Positions 29,518 to 39,601 of a stretch of 64,000 nucleotides of DNA are shown here, piece after piece; position 1 is the first letter of the stretch, and the number at the start of each line of letters is the position of its first letter. A model generated the notes under the pieces. That model was not told where the DNA came from, did not search any database, and saw only the letters and a list, made by a program, of their open reading frames with translations. The DNA comes from Patescibacteria group bacterium (GTDB taxonomy: Bacteria > Patescibacteriota > Minisyncoccia > Phycocordibacterales > JBBTRF01), in the NCBI GenBank assembly GCA_038065315.1, contig JBBTRF010000001.1, positions 161,642 through 225,641 on the forward strand, in the 5' to 3' direction. The translations under genes were made by a program, and so were the position numbers.

Positions 29518-30524
29518 TTCAGGAATTGTGCCTTGTTTGCTAGGTGTTCGTCAAATGTCCGGCCGTAGTGCATGACACCTTTTTTGTCTGTGAGGAAATA
29601 TAAATATGGTGTGGAAATCGGCGAGATGGTAGCGGAAATAGAGTCAAGACCAGGGTTGGTGATCGGGGTCGGCGGCAAGCCTTTGTGCAGATAGCTATTG
29701 TATGGCGACTCGATGGCAAGGTCGGCGGTGGTAAGCGTGTAGGTATTTTTGCCATTGATATACAAGAATGATGCATCCACTTGCAACGGCATGCCGAGTG
29801 AAAGACGTTTCCACAAAATGCCCGCAATCGTGCGTCGAGTGATCGTCGTACGACCCTCTTCCTCGACGATCGAAGCCATCTTCACCACATCCGAAAGTGG
29901 TTTGCCAAATTTGGTGATTTCTGACTGCAGAGTGGAAAGCTTCTGGTCGAATGTCTGCTGCATCAATTGCATCACCTGTTCGGGAGTGGTGCGTGCCACA
30001 AAGCGGTATGTATCCGGGAACAAGTACCCCTCAAATGGTGCGGCGATTGTCACGAAATGCTTGGCATCGAAATCGGGAAAGGTTTTCTTCATGATCTCAC
30101 CAATTTGCTTGACGCTTGAACCCTCCGGAAAAGTCACCTCCTTGTATTCAACTCCGAATTCACCTTTCGCGATGCGCTTCAAGAGCTCAATAGAAGAGAT
30201 GGGGGTTTTCACAAAATATTCTCCCGACAAGATTTGTCCCTGATTGCCCGAGATATACGCCGAGAAGGTAAAAAATGATGCAGAGCGAACCAACCCAGCC
30301 GCCTCGAGCTGCGAGGAAAGCGCGCTGAGTGACGTTCCCTTCTCCACGCTAAAAAACGACTTCACAGGAAATTCCGCCGGCGGCCGAACAAATGCCAACC
30401 ACACGACAAGCCACACAAAAAGACAGGCAACCACAGTGGCGCAGCAGGCCAGAATCAGCGCCCTAAATGGCGGCCGCGAGATCTCCAATCCTGATTCCGG
30501 TGCCATATCCGTGTAGGTATCCAT
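29514..30524 (-). CDS. mltG: Endolytic murein transglycosylase MltG (YceG-like)
   Basis: N-terminal TM, then YceG-domain residues (...EGRTTITRRTIAGILWKRL...GMPLQVDASFLY...); the ORF extends to 30623 but the likely start is the internal Met (about 30524), which avoids overlapping the upstream gene. Confidence 0.75.
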   Translation of the reverse strand: MDTYTDMAPESGLEISRPPFRALILACCATVVACLFVWLVVWLAFVRPPAEFPVKSFFSVEKGTSLSALSSQLEAAGLVRSASFFTFSAYISGNQGQILSGEYFVKTPISSIELLKRIAKGEFGVEYKEVTFPEGSSVKQIGEIMKKTFPDFDAKHFVTIAAPFEGYLFPDTYRFVARTTPEQVMQLMQQTFDQKLSTLQSEITKFGKPLSDVVKMASIVEEEGRTTITRRTIAGILWKRLSLGMPLQVDASFLYINGKNTYTLTTADLAIESPYNSYLHKGLPPTPITNPGLDSISATISPISTPYLYFLTDKKGVMHYGRTFDEHLANKAQFLK

Positions 30525-30546
30525 TATCGCTTTGATTAGATCGGGA

Positions 30547-31842
30547 TTAGATCGGCAAATTGCTTGGGGCCTCTGATCGGCGTGACTCGATACGATCCAG
30601 AGAAGGCGTAGTCGCAGTCGCACCAGGAAGATGGAAAATGGTCGCCAAAGATTCGGTGGTCATGACAAACGACTTAGACTTCCAATGCTTGTAGGGATAG
30701 GTAAAGAACGAGCGGTGTTTGAAAGCATCCAAAAATGCCTTTTCATAATACGTACGGCGCATACGCCCAAAATCTTGCCACGGATAGTCGAAATCGGTAA
30801 AGAAGCCGAGCCCGAGATTGTTCAAATAGTTGTAATTGCCACCATACTGTCGGAAGGCGCCGATCAAGCCAGGCACGCGCACCGGCAGTTTGTTGGCTGC
30901 CTTTGTTGCAATATACATACCGCGAATAGCGGTATCGAACGGAAGCTTGTGCGCATTACGCTCAATGGCGGCGATCGCTTCAGCCTGACCCTTGGTAAGA
31001 TTTGGGAAACCGGGATATTCAGAGTCAGTCTCCGGCGTGGCTGCCTTTTTGATATTTGCAATCTCCGTCTCACACGACTTGAGCCAATCGTCCACCTTCT
31101 TCAAATGTCCTTCTTGCAATCCAAGCTTTTTGTGCGCCTGGATGAGGATCTGGAACCAGGCCTGCTCTCCAGTTTGCAACGAACCCATCCATTCGAGCAT
31201 CGAGTTTATTGGATCGATCTTGAATTCTTCCTTTTCCGAAGCCTTGTCCAAGCCAAAATCCACATAACTCTTGATCTGATACATATCCTGCGAACCGGGA
31301 GTCTTGCCCTTCTTCGAATGTTTAAAATACGTGCCCCACATCGGCATTTCTTCCGGATGAGTGAAGACCTGGTCGGTGTAGTCCGGTACCTCTTCAATCA
31401 CGATGCCGGGATAATACGCATAGAGCTGTGCCTCAATGAGATCCTTGTATTTAGTATGCGTCCAAATATAGAAATGTACCTTGCCACCGATCGAGGCGAT
31501 CTCCAGAGAGAACCAGTTGCGGATCTTGCCATTGATGTACGTATCGATCCAGCTCGCCGAACCTTTCTGCCAGATAGAAGCGAGAAAAATTTCCATTGCC
31601 AATGGCGACTTGGTAACCTCCTTCGGCAGTCGTATCTCGAGGAGCGTGCCACCCTGTTTCTCCACAAACTCACTGCGCACATAATGAAACCAGGTATAAA
31701 AGAAAATGTATCCGCAGAAAAAGGGTAGCCAGATCGGATACATCGACAAGAACGTCGAGATGCTTTGGTATAACAAACCACTAAAATCAGCGCCGAGAGC
31801 TGGGTCCATGAAGGTAATAATAACAAAAAAGTGCTGTCCCAC
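30547..31842 (-). CDS. Hypothetical membrane protein (two N-terminal TM helices plus about 350-aa soluble domain)
   Basis: 431-aa ORF with protein-like composition. The 365-aa plus-strand ORF 30631..31728 opposite it is R/L-rich and is taken as its antisense shadow. Confidence 0.5.
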   Translation of the reverse strand: MGQHFFVIITFMDPALGADFSGLLYQSISTFLSMYPIWLPFFCGYIFFYTWFHYVRSEFVEKQGGTLLEIRLPKEVTKSPLAMEIFLASIWQKGSASWIDTYINGKIRNWFSLEIASIGGKVHFYIWTHTKYKDLIEAQLYAYYPGIVIEEVPDYTDQVFTHPEEMPMWGTYFKHSKKGKTPGSQDMYQIKSYVDFGLDKASEKEEFKIDPINSMLEWMGSLQTGEQAWFQILIQAHKKLGLQEGHLKKVDDWLKSCETEIANIKKAATPETDSEYPGFPNLTKGQAEAIAAIERNAHKLPFDTAIRGMYIATKAANKLPVRVPGLIGAFRQYGGNYNYLNNLGLGFFTDFDYPWQDFGRMRRTYYEKAFLDAFKHRSFFTYPYKHWKSKSFVMTTESLATIFHLPGATATTPSLDRIESRRSEAPSNLPI

Positions 31843-31890
31843 TCAAGGGACAGCACTTTTTTGTTTGTGCGGCCCGTGCCGCTCCGTCTC

Positions 31891-32946
31891 TTAAGCCTTC
31901 GCTGTTGGCACCAAGCTGATGACTACCGAATACTTTCCTTCTTTGTCTTTCTTGAAATGCTTCGGGTTCTGGAGGTTCACCATGATGGTGTTTTCTTTCA
32001 CATATCGCTCTTTGAGCACCTTCTCGATAATCTCGCTCTTGCTGAGTGGACCGCTCCTCTCGATGATCTTCTTGATCACATCCTTCACGACACCACTCAT
32101 ATAACCCCATTCTGCGAGCGCGTAGAGACCGCGACCGACAAGGACGAAACGAGGATCTTTGATCAATTCATTATGGCAGGTCGCAACATGCGCCTTGATA
32201 TTGAAGATCTTCTCGATATTCTTTGCCACCTGTGTGAAGTGAATCGGCGAACCATGCTTGCGGATGACAAGGAAAGCGTAGTCACGCATGCCCTTGGTCT
32301 TGATATTTGGAGAATCAGCGAGGCCCCATTCACCGAGTGGGTTCTTAGCAACTTTCTTTGAGAGCTTGAGCCATCGTCGAACCACCTCTTCATTCTTGTG
32401 CTTTTCAGATACGTCCTTGAGGTGCTCGAGAAACTTGTTCACCATCTCTGATTCAGAAAGGAGATCGTCGTTTGAGATGCTCTTGTACAGCTTCTGGAGA
32501 GATGCTTCCACCTGCCTTGCAAGCTCTTCATTTACATGCCATCGATGATTGAAATGTTCGTCTTCTTTCTGTCGCTCAAATGTATCACCGAGCACCAACA
32601 GAAAATTGAGGTGATTCTGGAGAGAGACATCCTTTGAAATATGTGCGAGAAGATCGTCTTCCACTACAACTCCGCCGAGAGAGTGAAGTACCTGCTCAAG
32701 ATCGGCAAAAATCGCCTTCTCCTTGCCGTATGCATCAGACTTGCGAATGTTTGCGATCGCGTAGTTTTCGATCTGTCGTACACGCTCTCGAGTGATGCCG
32801 TACTTCTTGCCAATCGCTTCGAGCGTGAGACGCTTCGCTTCTTTTCCAAGACCGTATCGAGCGGTGATCACTTCCTGAGCACGGTCAGGCAAAACGGCGA
32901 TCAGCCGCTTGGTTACTTGTTTTGGTTTGAAGCTAATAGTGCTCAT
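31891..32946 (-). CDS. Sigma-70 region-4-like HTH domain plus C-terminal HARE-HTH domain protein
   Basis: N-terminal LPDRAQEVITARYGLG...LEAIGKKYGITRERVRQIENYAIANIRK (sigma70_r4 pattern); C-terminal ...CHNELIKDPRFVLVGRGLYALAEWGY matches the HARE-HTH ...RFvrvgRGlYaLreW motif. Confidence 0.5.
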   Translation of the reverse strand: MSTISFKPKQVTKRLIAVLPDRAQEVITARYGLGKEAKRLTLEAIGKKYGITRERVRQIENYAIANIRKSDAYGKEKAIFADLEQVLHSLGGVVVEDDLLAHISKDVSLQNHLNFLLVLGDTFERQKEDEHFNHRWHVNEELARQVEASLQKLYKSISNDDLLSESEMVNKFLEHLKDVSEKHKNEEVVRRWLKLSKKVAKNPLGEWGLADSPNIKTKGMRDYAFLVIRKHGSPIHFTQVAKNIEKIFNIKAHVATCHNELIKDPRFVLVGRGLYALAEWGYMSGVVKDVIKKIIERSGPLSKSEIIEKVLKERYVKENTIMVNLQNPKHFKKDKEGKYSVVISLVPTAKA

Positions 32947-33090
32947 GTGTCGTAATATTGATTAACCTAAATTATCATTGATAGTCATAATAGTCAAGCT
33001 TTGTCAAAAAGTCAAGTGTGGAGCGGATTTTCACCCATTTTGCCCTTCCTCATGGGTATTATTACACCACACCACCACTCTTCTCCTACG

Positions 33091-36000
33091 CTACTCTTCC
33101 GCGACTACGACATTCACCAACTTCCCTTTCACCACGATCACCTTCACAATCTTTTTGCCCTCAATCCACCTCTTCACTTCCGGCAAGGCGAGTGCGGTCT
33201 TCTCGAGATCTGCATCAGAAGCCCCTGCCGGTGCGGCAAATTCTGCGCGAATCTTGCCGTTCACCTGCACGCCAATCTTGCGGCCAGCCTCTTGGATTTT
33301 TGCCTCATCACAGACCGGCCACGACGCGAGATGGATGCTGGTCTTATTGCCGAGCTTCGTCCACAGCTCTTCGGTCATGTGCGGTGCAAATGGCGCGAGC
33401 AGTTTTAGCAATGTCTCGTATTGCTCACGAGAAACACTCGCCTGCTCATCCATCGCGTTGAGCAACACCATCAAGGTACTCACCGCGGTGTTGAATTTCA
33501 TCTCCGAAATATCGGAAGTCACCTTTTTCACGCTTTTATGCATCAAAGATTCGATCTCGACTGACACATTCGCATCGCCACCAATAGCCGGCGCATTTTG
33601 TACCTTCCCTGCGAGCTTCCAGATGCGTTCCAGGAAGCGACGCGAGCCGATCATGCTGTTGGTATTCCAAGCGATCTGCTGGTCGAATGGTCCCATGAAC
33701 ATTTCGTACACACGCAGAGTGTCCGCGCCATAGGTAGCGATAATCTCATCAGGGTTCACGACATTACCCCAGCGCTTCGACATCTTGCGTCCATCTTCGG
33801 CCATGATGAGGCCGACGTGCTGCAGCTTTTTGAACGGCTCGGTGGTCGAGACCACCCCAATGTCATACAGAAACTTGTGCCAGAAGCGCGCGTAGATAAG
33901 GTGGCGCGTTGCATGCTCGGCCCCGCCGACATACAGGTCTACAGGCGCCCAATATTGCTCCTTGCGCGGATCCACGAGCGCTTTTTTGTTCTGCGCATCC
34001 ATGTATCGCAAGTAATACCAACTCGAACCTGCCCATTGAGGCATGGTGTTGGTTTCGCGCTTGGCCTTACCACGACACTTCGGACACTTCGTGTTTACCC
34101 ACTTCTCAATCGCCGCCAAAGGCGACTCACCAGTGCCAGTCGGCTCGTATGACTTCACTTTTGGAAGCTTCACAGGCAGTTCCTTTTCAGGTACAGGCAC
34201 GACTCCACACTTCTCACAATGCACCACAGGGATCGGCTCTCCCCAATATCGCTGACGTGAGAACACCCAGTCGCGGAGACGGAAGGTCGTCTTCTTCTTG
34301 GCGAGATTTTTTGACTCAAGATGAGCAATGATTTCCTTTCGGACACTTCGCGCATTCTCGTCGGCGAATTCCTTTGGCTCAGTCAACACACCAGCCTGAG
34401 CATCAGCAAAGCACACCTCCTGCGCTCGCACTTTCTCAGCCAGAGCAGCATCTTTTGGATACAAAACGGTCTTCAGTTTGATGCCGTACTTTTTTGCAAA
34501 AACAAAGTCGCGGTCGTCATGAGCCGAACACTTCACGATACCAGTTCCGTAGTCGGCCAAAGCAAAGCTCGCCACCCAGATAGGTAGGTCACCGTTGCCG
34601 AGTGGGTCGACAATATATCGGCCCGTGAAAATTCCCTCGGATTCCTTCTCTTCAGCAAATCCCTGCTGAGCACGTTTTGCGACGAGTGCTGCGCAAAAAT
34701 CCAAAACTTTCTGCTTGTCTTTTGTTCCTTCAAGCAACGTCTGCAAGAATGGATGATCTGGCGCAATAACAACAAATGTATCGGCGTAGCAGGCTTCAAA
34801 GTGAGCTGAGAAGGTCTGGATAGTGAGATTCGTATCTTTGACCGGTGCAGTGAAAATCATGCCGTCGCTCTTTCCAATCCAATTTCGTTGGAGCTCTTTG
34901 ATAGAAGTCGGCCAATCGAGTGCGGGCTTTGCGATATTTTTTTCTTTGCCAGTGAATACATCCCACAAATAATTCATGTCTGGACGATTCAAAAAGCCGG
35001 CGACTTCCGCGCACGACAACCACACCACTTCATGCAAAGCTTTTTCTTGCTCGTCGATTTCTTTCCAGGCATCATCGGTGAGCTCGAGGTATACGCCGGT
35101 GAAATGCGCGAAGCGATTCACCTTTTTGATCGCTTGATAAAACTGCGAGTCGAGCTTGGCGAATTCGCGAACAAAGCGAACATTCTGATATCCGGTCTCT
35201 TCTTGTACTTCGCGCACCGCTGCTTCGGCGAGCTGTTCGTTCTTCTCGACACCACCCACCACGAGGCCGTGCCAGTCATTGCTCTTCCAACGGAGACAGA
35301 GAAACTTATCTTCGGACCAATGCTTCACCACACAAACTACAGCATCGCGCTCTTCGAGTGGCATATCCGCACGCACCGCATCGGGACCCGTATCGCGGAT
35401 CATGAGCGGCACCGCGCGCTCTGTCGCATCCAAATCCGCGAGCAATCGCTCCGCGTAATCCGTGATCTTCAACACCCACTGACGAATCGGCTTTTTCTCG
35501 ACGACACTGCCGCAGCGCTCGCACTTGCCGTCCTCGAGATCTTCGTTGGCCAAGCCGGTCTTGCAGGATGGACACCAGTTGATCGGCTCATGCGACTGAT
35601 ACGCGAGACCCTTCTCAAGTAATTTCAAAAAGATCCACTGTGTCCATTTGTAGTAGGCAGGGTCGGTGGTGTTGATCTCGCGGGACCAATCGTAGTCGAA
35701 GCCAAACATCTCGAGCTGCTCTTTGTAGCGCTGCACATTTTTCTCCACGGCGATAGCCGGGTTCGTCTTCATTTTGATCGCGTAGTTCTCCGCGGGCAAT
35801 CCAAAAGCATCGAAACCCATCGGATGCAACACCGAATGACCTTGCATACGCTTCATACGCGACACGACGTCGGTAGCGATGTAGCCCTTTGGATGACCCA
35901 CATGGAGACCTTCGCCCGACGGATACGGGAACATATCGAGGGCGTAGAATTTCTTCGCAGCGGCGGTACCGTTCGCAACCACGCCTTTCTTGGCTTGCGA

Positions 36001-36099
36001 CTCCTTGGTCGCGTAGATTTTTTTCTTCGCCCACTGCTTCTGCCACTTCGGCTCGATGGCGAGATGGTCGTACGGCGGCAGCAATTTCTGCGGTTTCAT
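33091..36099 (-). CDS. leuS: Leucine--tRNA ligase with an inserted NUDIX-hydrolase domain (residues about 225-394)
   Basis: HVGHP HIGH motif, KMSKRWGN KMSKS motif, and an editing domain present. A segment with a textbook Nudix box (GGVEKNEQLAEAAVREVQEETG) is inserted between ITDYAERLLADLD and WPTSIKELQRNWIG; total 1002 aa versus about 830-860 for typical bacterial LeuRS. Confidence 0.9.
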   Translation of the reverse strand: MKPQKLLPPYDHLAIEPKWQKQWAKKKIYATKESQAKKGVVANGTAAAKKFYALDMFPYPSGEGLHVGHPKGYIATDVVSRMKRMQGHSVLHPMGFDAFGLPAENYAIKMKTNPAIAVEKNVQRYKEQLEMFGFDYDWSREINTTDPAYYKWTQWIFLKLLEKGLAYQSHEPINWCPSCKTGLANEDLEDGKCERCGSVVEKKPIRQWVLKITDYAERLLADLDATERAVPLMIRDTGPDAVRADMPLEERDAVVCVVKHWSEDKFLCLRWKSNDWHGLVVGGVEKNEQLAEAAVREVQEETGYQNVRFVREFAKLDSQFYQAIKKVNRFAHFTGVYLELTDDAWKEIDEQEKALHEVVWLSCAEVAGFLNRPDMNYLWDVFTGKEKNIAKPALDWPTSIKELQRNWIGKSDGMIFTAPVKDTNLTIQTFSAHFEACYADTFVVIAPDHPFLQTLLEGTKDKQKVLDFCAALVAKRAQQGFAEEKESEGIFTGRYIVDPLGNGDLPIWVASFALADYGTGIVKCSAHDDRDFVFAKKYGIKLKTVLYPKDAALAEKVRAQEVCFADAQAGVLTEPKEFADENARSVRKEIIAHLESKNLAKKKTTFRLRDWVFSRQRYWGEPIPVVHCEKCGVVPVPEKELPVKLPKVKSYEPTGTGESPLAAIEKWVNTKCPKCRGKAKRETNTMPQWAGSSWYYLRYMDAQNKKALVDPRKEQYWAPVDLYVGGAEHATRHLIYARFWHKFLYDIGVVSTTEPFKKLQHVGLIMAEDGRKMSKRWGNVVNPDEIIATYGADTLRVYEMFMGPFDQQIAWNTNSMIGSRRFLERIWKLAGKVQNAPAIGGDANVSVEIESLMHKSVKKVTSDISEMKFNTAVSTLMVLLNAMDEQASVSREQYETLLKLLAPFAPHMTEELWTKLGNKTSIHLASWPVCDEAKIQEAGRKIGVQVNGKIRAEFAAPAGASDADLEKTALALPEVKRWIEGKKIVKVIVVKGKLVNVVVAEE
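34920..35427 (-). other. NUDIX domain insertion within leuS (approximate coding coordinates)
   Basis: Nudix box G-x5-E-x7-REVQEETG, plus flanking beta-strand-like segments; flanked on both sides by conserved LeuRS sequence. Confidence 0.6.
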
Positions 36100-36117
36100 A
36101 GGAGTAAACTATACAAC

Positions 36118-36147
36118 AAAAGACGAAAATGAAAAAGCCGACAACGT
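36118..36147 (-). terminator. Rho-independent terminator (GCCGACACACGTTGTCGGC followed by a T-run, read on the minus strand)
   Basis: Perfect 7-bp stem, 5-nt loop, and TTTTTCATTTTCGTCTTTT downstream on the minus strand; sits between the small membrane ORF and the leuS start. Confidence 0.6.
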
Positions 36148-36190
36148 GTGTCGGCTCGGGAAGAGTGGCAAAGAGAAGGCGGTGCAGGAA

Positions 36191-36466
36191 CTATTCTACC
36201 TGAGTCTGGTCCTGGACGCGGCGCAGAGTGTCTTTGAGACGACGTTCGTCTTCCTCTTTAGCTTTAAGCACCGGGCTGCCGTAGCAGCGCCACCAAGGGA
36301 TACCGATGGCGAGGAAGCTCGAAGCGCAGATCGCAATATGTCTGACCGCCGTATGGTCGCCGACACTGAAGCAGGCGGCGCCAAGGGCCAAGAGACCGAA
36401 CAGGAGGCCCAAGATGATGGTAACAAGCATCTGACAGAGCGAGCGGAACGAGGAGTTGGTTTTCAT
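36191..36466 (-). CDS. Small membrane protein, hypothetical
   Basis: TIILGLLFGLLALGAACFSV and FLAIGIPWW TM helices; followed by a strong terminator; start taken at the internal Met (MKTNSSF). Confidence 0.4.
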   Translation of the reverse strand: MKTNSSFRSLCQMLVTIILGLLFGLLALGAACFSVGDHTAVRHIAICASSFLAIGIPWWRCYGSPVLKAKEEDERRLKDTLRRVQDQTQVE

Positions 36467-36589
36467 GCAGGAATCAAGGGGTTGAAGAGCAGGTTGACCG
36501 ACCAAGACCGACTAAGTTGTGCAAAAACGGACCGACGAGGAGTATACCTCAAAAGCAGCCTTAGGTCAAAGTATTCGCGGAACCGAACA

Positions 36590-36618
36590 TTGACTTTTGA
36601 TAGTAAAAATGTTATAAA
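36590..36618 (+). promoter_or_regulatory. sigma70-like promoter TTGACT-N17-TATAAA
   Basis: TTGACT 36590-36595, TATAAA 36613-36618, about 30 nt upstream of the ATG at 36650. Confidence 0.4.
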
Positions 36619-36649
36619 TATGTTCGAACTTAGAGCTGTTTAACAACCT

Positions 36650-37558
36650 ATGAAGAAGCAACGTTTCCGTAGTGTAGCGCCGCGCCTGGTGACAGCCGCG
36701 AAGGCAGCCCGTCGTCCCAACATCTTGTGGACGACCTTGATCATCGTGTTGTTGGCCATTATTGGCTTCTTAGCATTCAACACTCATCGCAAATCGCAAC
36801 GAGGGGCGATCCACAAAAAGGCGCTCGCCCTCGGACTCTTCGGAGCCCCGCAGGAAGTAGAGGAGCGCCACGTATGGGTCAGTGAACACCCTCAGATCCC
36901 TGGAAGAAACGGGGAGATACCTGTGCACATCATGTTCCGCAAAGATAATCATGATTCATGGGAACTCACCGGCACCGGCGCAAGACTCGGCGGGAAATAC
37001 ACCAACTGGGTGCTCACCGCCTACCACGTCTTCGAGGGTCGTTCTGGTCAATACGGTTGTCGGAAAATCGGAACAAACGAGTTTACGGGCAAAGAACCCA
37101 TCTTCCCCATTCTCTCGCTCCCGCCAACACTACAGGTGGACGACTCAATCATCTGCACGATCAACCCGGATGGACTGGTCTTCCCCCACCTCACTGCAAC
37201 ACTATCAACAAACGTGTTCGGCTACGATTCCGAGGACGCGAAACGCCAATACTCCGGCGAGACATGGCCAGCGAAGATTCATTTTGGCACCTACCCGGAA
37301 AAAACTATTGAGGGCCTATTCTCAGTGAAAGTTCGTGGCAACACGCACCATGTCACAATGGACTGGGCTCCAGTCCCCGGCGAGAGCGGGACCGTAGCTA
37401 GTGTCGAACATGAAGACCACAACGCCTATCTTGTGATCATTCGTGGAGCTCCAGTGGCCGAAAGACTGCTCGAGCAGCTGAATCCGGAAAATCGGAAGCG
37501 TTTCAAATGGTCGAAGGACAAGATCTACGGAATTGGGAACTTGGTCAAGATCGAGTAG
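36650..37558 (+). CDS. Membrane-anchored trypsin-like (S1 family-like) serine peptidase, putative
   Basis: N-terminal TM (ILWTTLIIVLLAIIGFLAF); TAYHV (His, like TAAHC) and PGESGT (Ser, like GDSGGP) motifs in the correct order. Confidence 0.45.
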   Translation: MKKQRFRSVAPRLVTAAKAARRPNILWTTLIIVLLAIIGFLAFNTHRKSQRGAIHKKALALGLFGAPQEVEERHVWVSEHPQIPGRNGEIPVHIMFRKDNHDSWELTGTGARLGGKYTNWVLTAYHVFEGRSGQYGCRKIGTNEFTGKEPIFPILSLPPTLQVDDSIICTINPDGLVFPHLTATLSTNVFGYDSEDAKRQYSGETWPAKIHFGTYPEKTIEGLFSVKVRGNTHHVTMDWAPVPGESGTVASVEHEDHNAYLVIIRGAPVAERLLEQLNPENRKRFKWSKDKIYGIGNLVKIE

Positions 37559-37649
37559 CCCGGACAAGCGTGTCATCTCTTAAGCAAGCCACAGGCAACC
37601 CCTGTGGTCTTTTTTTATTCACAAAAATGGGCTACGCGACCTGCAAGAT

Positions 37650-38762
37650 CTACGCCCCCACCTTGAATTCCAAAACATCCCCATCCACCACGACATATTC
37701 CTTCCCTTCTGTGCGGAGCAGTCCCTTCTCGCGCGCAACGGCGAAAGAACCAGCCTCAAGCAGCGTGTCCCAATGGATCACTTCGGCCTTTACAAATCGG
37801 TCCTTAAAGTCGTTGTGAATGGCGGTGCCAGCGATCGGCGCAGTTGAGCCTTTGCGAATAGTCCAAGCGCGCGTCTCTATTTCGCCCGTCGTGAAATACG
37901 TCATCAAGCCAAGGAGGTCGTAGCTAGCGCGGATAAGATTGTCGATGCCGTCATCGTTGCCGCCGAGCTCCTTGCGAAACATTTCCTTCTCCTCGCCTTT
38001 CATTTCTTTGAGCTCGTGCTCCACACCGGCGTCCACCACGACATACTGAGCTTTCTGCTCCGCGAGATGCGCGAGCAGCGACGCGAAGCGCGCATCCTTG
38101 CCGCCTTCGAGCTCGTCGAGATTCTTCCCGCCCGCCTTCTTATTCAAACAATAGAGAATCGGCTTCATTGTGAGCAGGTGCATACCCTTCGCAAAAGGCA
38201 TTTCGTCGTCTCTGAACTGCAGCGAATTGGCAAGCTTGCTCTGGTCAAGTGCCGCTTTGATCCGCTCGAGCACGGCCGCTTCAGCCACCGCCGCTTTGTC
38301 ACCACGCTTCACGTCGCGCACGAGGTTCACGAGGCGTTTCTTCACTGTCTCCTGGTCGGCCATGATGAGCTCGAGATTGATCGTCTCAATATCGCCCTTT
38401 GGATCCACCTTGCCGTGCACATGGATGATCTTGTCGTCCTCAAAAATACGGACCACTTCTAGGATGGCGTCGGTTTCCCGGATGTTGGTGAGAAATTTAT
38501 TGCCGAGACCTTCGCCTTCAGACGCACCCTTCACAAGCCCCGCAATGTCCACGAATTCCACGATGGCCGGGACGGTTTTTTGTGTCTTGGAAAAATCCGA
38601 CAGCTTCCACAGCCGTTCGTCAGGCACGGCAACCACGCCCACTGAAGGATCGATGGTGCAGAATGGATAGTTTTCCGCTGGCACGGACTTCAGCGTGAGC
38701 GCATTAAACAGCGTCGATTTGCCGACGTTTGGGAGACCGACAATTCCTATGGATAGCGACAT
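37650..38762 (-). CDS. ychF: Ribosome-binding ATPase YchF (Obg-family GTPase)
   Basis: [20 protein letters not shown]1 motif; TGS domain at the C-terminus; 370 aa. Confidence 0.9.
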   Translation of the reverse strand: MSLSIGIVGLPNVGKSTLFNALTLKSVPAENYPFCTIDPSVGVVAVPDERLWKLSDFSKTQKTVPAIVEFVDIAGLVKGASEGEGLGNKFLTNIRETDAILEVVRIFEDDKIIHVHGKVDPKGDIETINLELIMADQETVKKRLVNLVRDVKRGDKAAVAEAAVLERIKAALDQSKLANSLQFRDDEMPFAKGMHLLTMKPILYCLNKKAGGKNLDELEGGKDARFASLLAHLAEQKAQYVVVDAGVEHELKEMKGEEKEMFRKELGGNDDGIDNLIRASYDLLGLMTYFTTGEIETRAWTIRKGSTAPIAGTAIHNDFKDRFVKAEVIHWDTLLEAGSFAVAREKGLLRTEGKEYVVVDGDVLEFKVGA

Positions 38763-38916
38763 GGAGTAAAATATAGCTTATTTATTGGTTTTTTGAAAGG
38801 TAATTGTCATTTTGGCAACAAAATCATGGTCAGTGTACACTTCGACATGACCTAACTCAGCCCCCTCAGAATCCTTGCTATTCCACAGGGTTTGTGTATA
38901 CTAACACTGTATCAAT

Positions 38917-38950
38917 ACGAAAAAGGACCCGAACGGTGTCAGTGCCTAAG
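38917..38950 (-). terminator. Putative bidirectional rho-independent terminator between the NYN gene and ychF
   Basis: AGGACCC...19 nt...GGGGCCT imperfect stem flanked by an A-run upstream and a T-run (TTTTTTATTT) downstream. Confidence 0.3.
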
Positions 38951-39524
38951 GGGCCTTTTTTATTTCTCCTTCTCCGCCTTTCTCTAACTTCTGTTTTTGG
39001 TCGTAAGCGATCTTTGCCCTCACATCTGGCTCTTCCAAGTAGTCGAAAAACTCGCCGCCAAATTTCTTGTAAAGCGACGAAGCAAACTTCCTGTTTGGAA
39101 ACAACATCTTTCCGAATCGCTTTTTGCCGATAAGGTAATCGACAAGCTTGATGTAGTCGCCGTCTCCAGACACAATGAATATCTGCTTGACCGGTTCATT
39201 CTCAACCAATTGCTTCATGACGCTAAAAACAATGTCCGTGTCGACGTTGCCTTTTTTACTCCCCTTCAAAGCGGCCGAGTGCTCTCTGAACGATAAAATA
39301 AACCCGGCTTTCTGCAAGCTGTCATACAAATCTCCGACATTATCCGAAATAAATCCAAGGAAATAGTAGGCCTCGGTAATGTGATATTTTTCGAGTAAGT
39401 ATGTTCGAAAACGCTTGTGGTCTATCGACCAGCCAGTTTCTTTGGTTCCAAAGTGAAGATTCTGCCCGTCAATGAAGGCAATGTTGTGTGTATCATTTTC
39501 TGCATCCTCGATGGAATTCGGCAT
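38946..39524 (-). CDS. NYN/LabA-like (DUF88) domain protein
   Basis: IAFIDGQNLHF ... DTDIV...VSGDGDYIKLVDYL acidic-residue pattern of NYN/PIN-like nucleases. Confidence 0.7.
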   Translation of the reverse strand: MPNSIEDAENDTHNIAFIDGQNLHFGTKETGWSIDHKRFRTYLLEKYHITEAYYFLGFISDNVGDLYDSLQKAGFILSFREHSAALKGSKKGNVDTDIVFSVMKQLVENEPVKQIFIVSGDGDYIKLVDYLIGKKRFGKMLFPNRKFASSLYKKFGGEFFDYLEEPDVRAKIAYDQKQKLEKGGEGEIKKAP

Positions 39525-39601
39525 TGTTCTAGAATTATATCATGAGCATCTACCCCTCCGCCTCTCAACTTCCTGAAAAAGAATTTTGGGAGTGTGGCAG
39601 A

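Noticed and set aside
30631-31728. 365-aa plus-strand ORF
   Set aside because: Lies fully antisense to the 431-aa minus-strand ORF. Its translation is Arg/Leu-rich, as expected for the shadow of a real coding strand, and all neighbours are on the minus strand.
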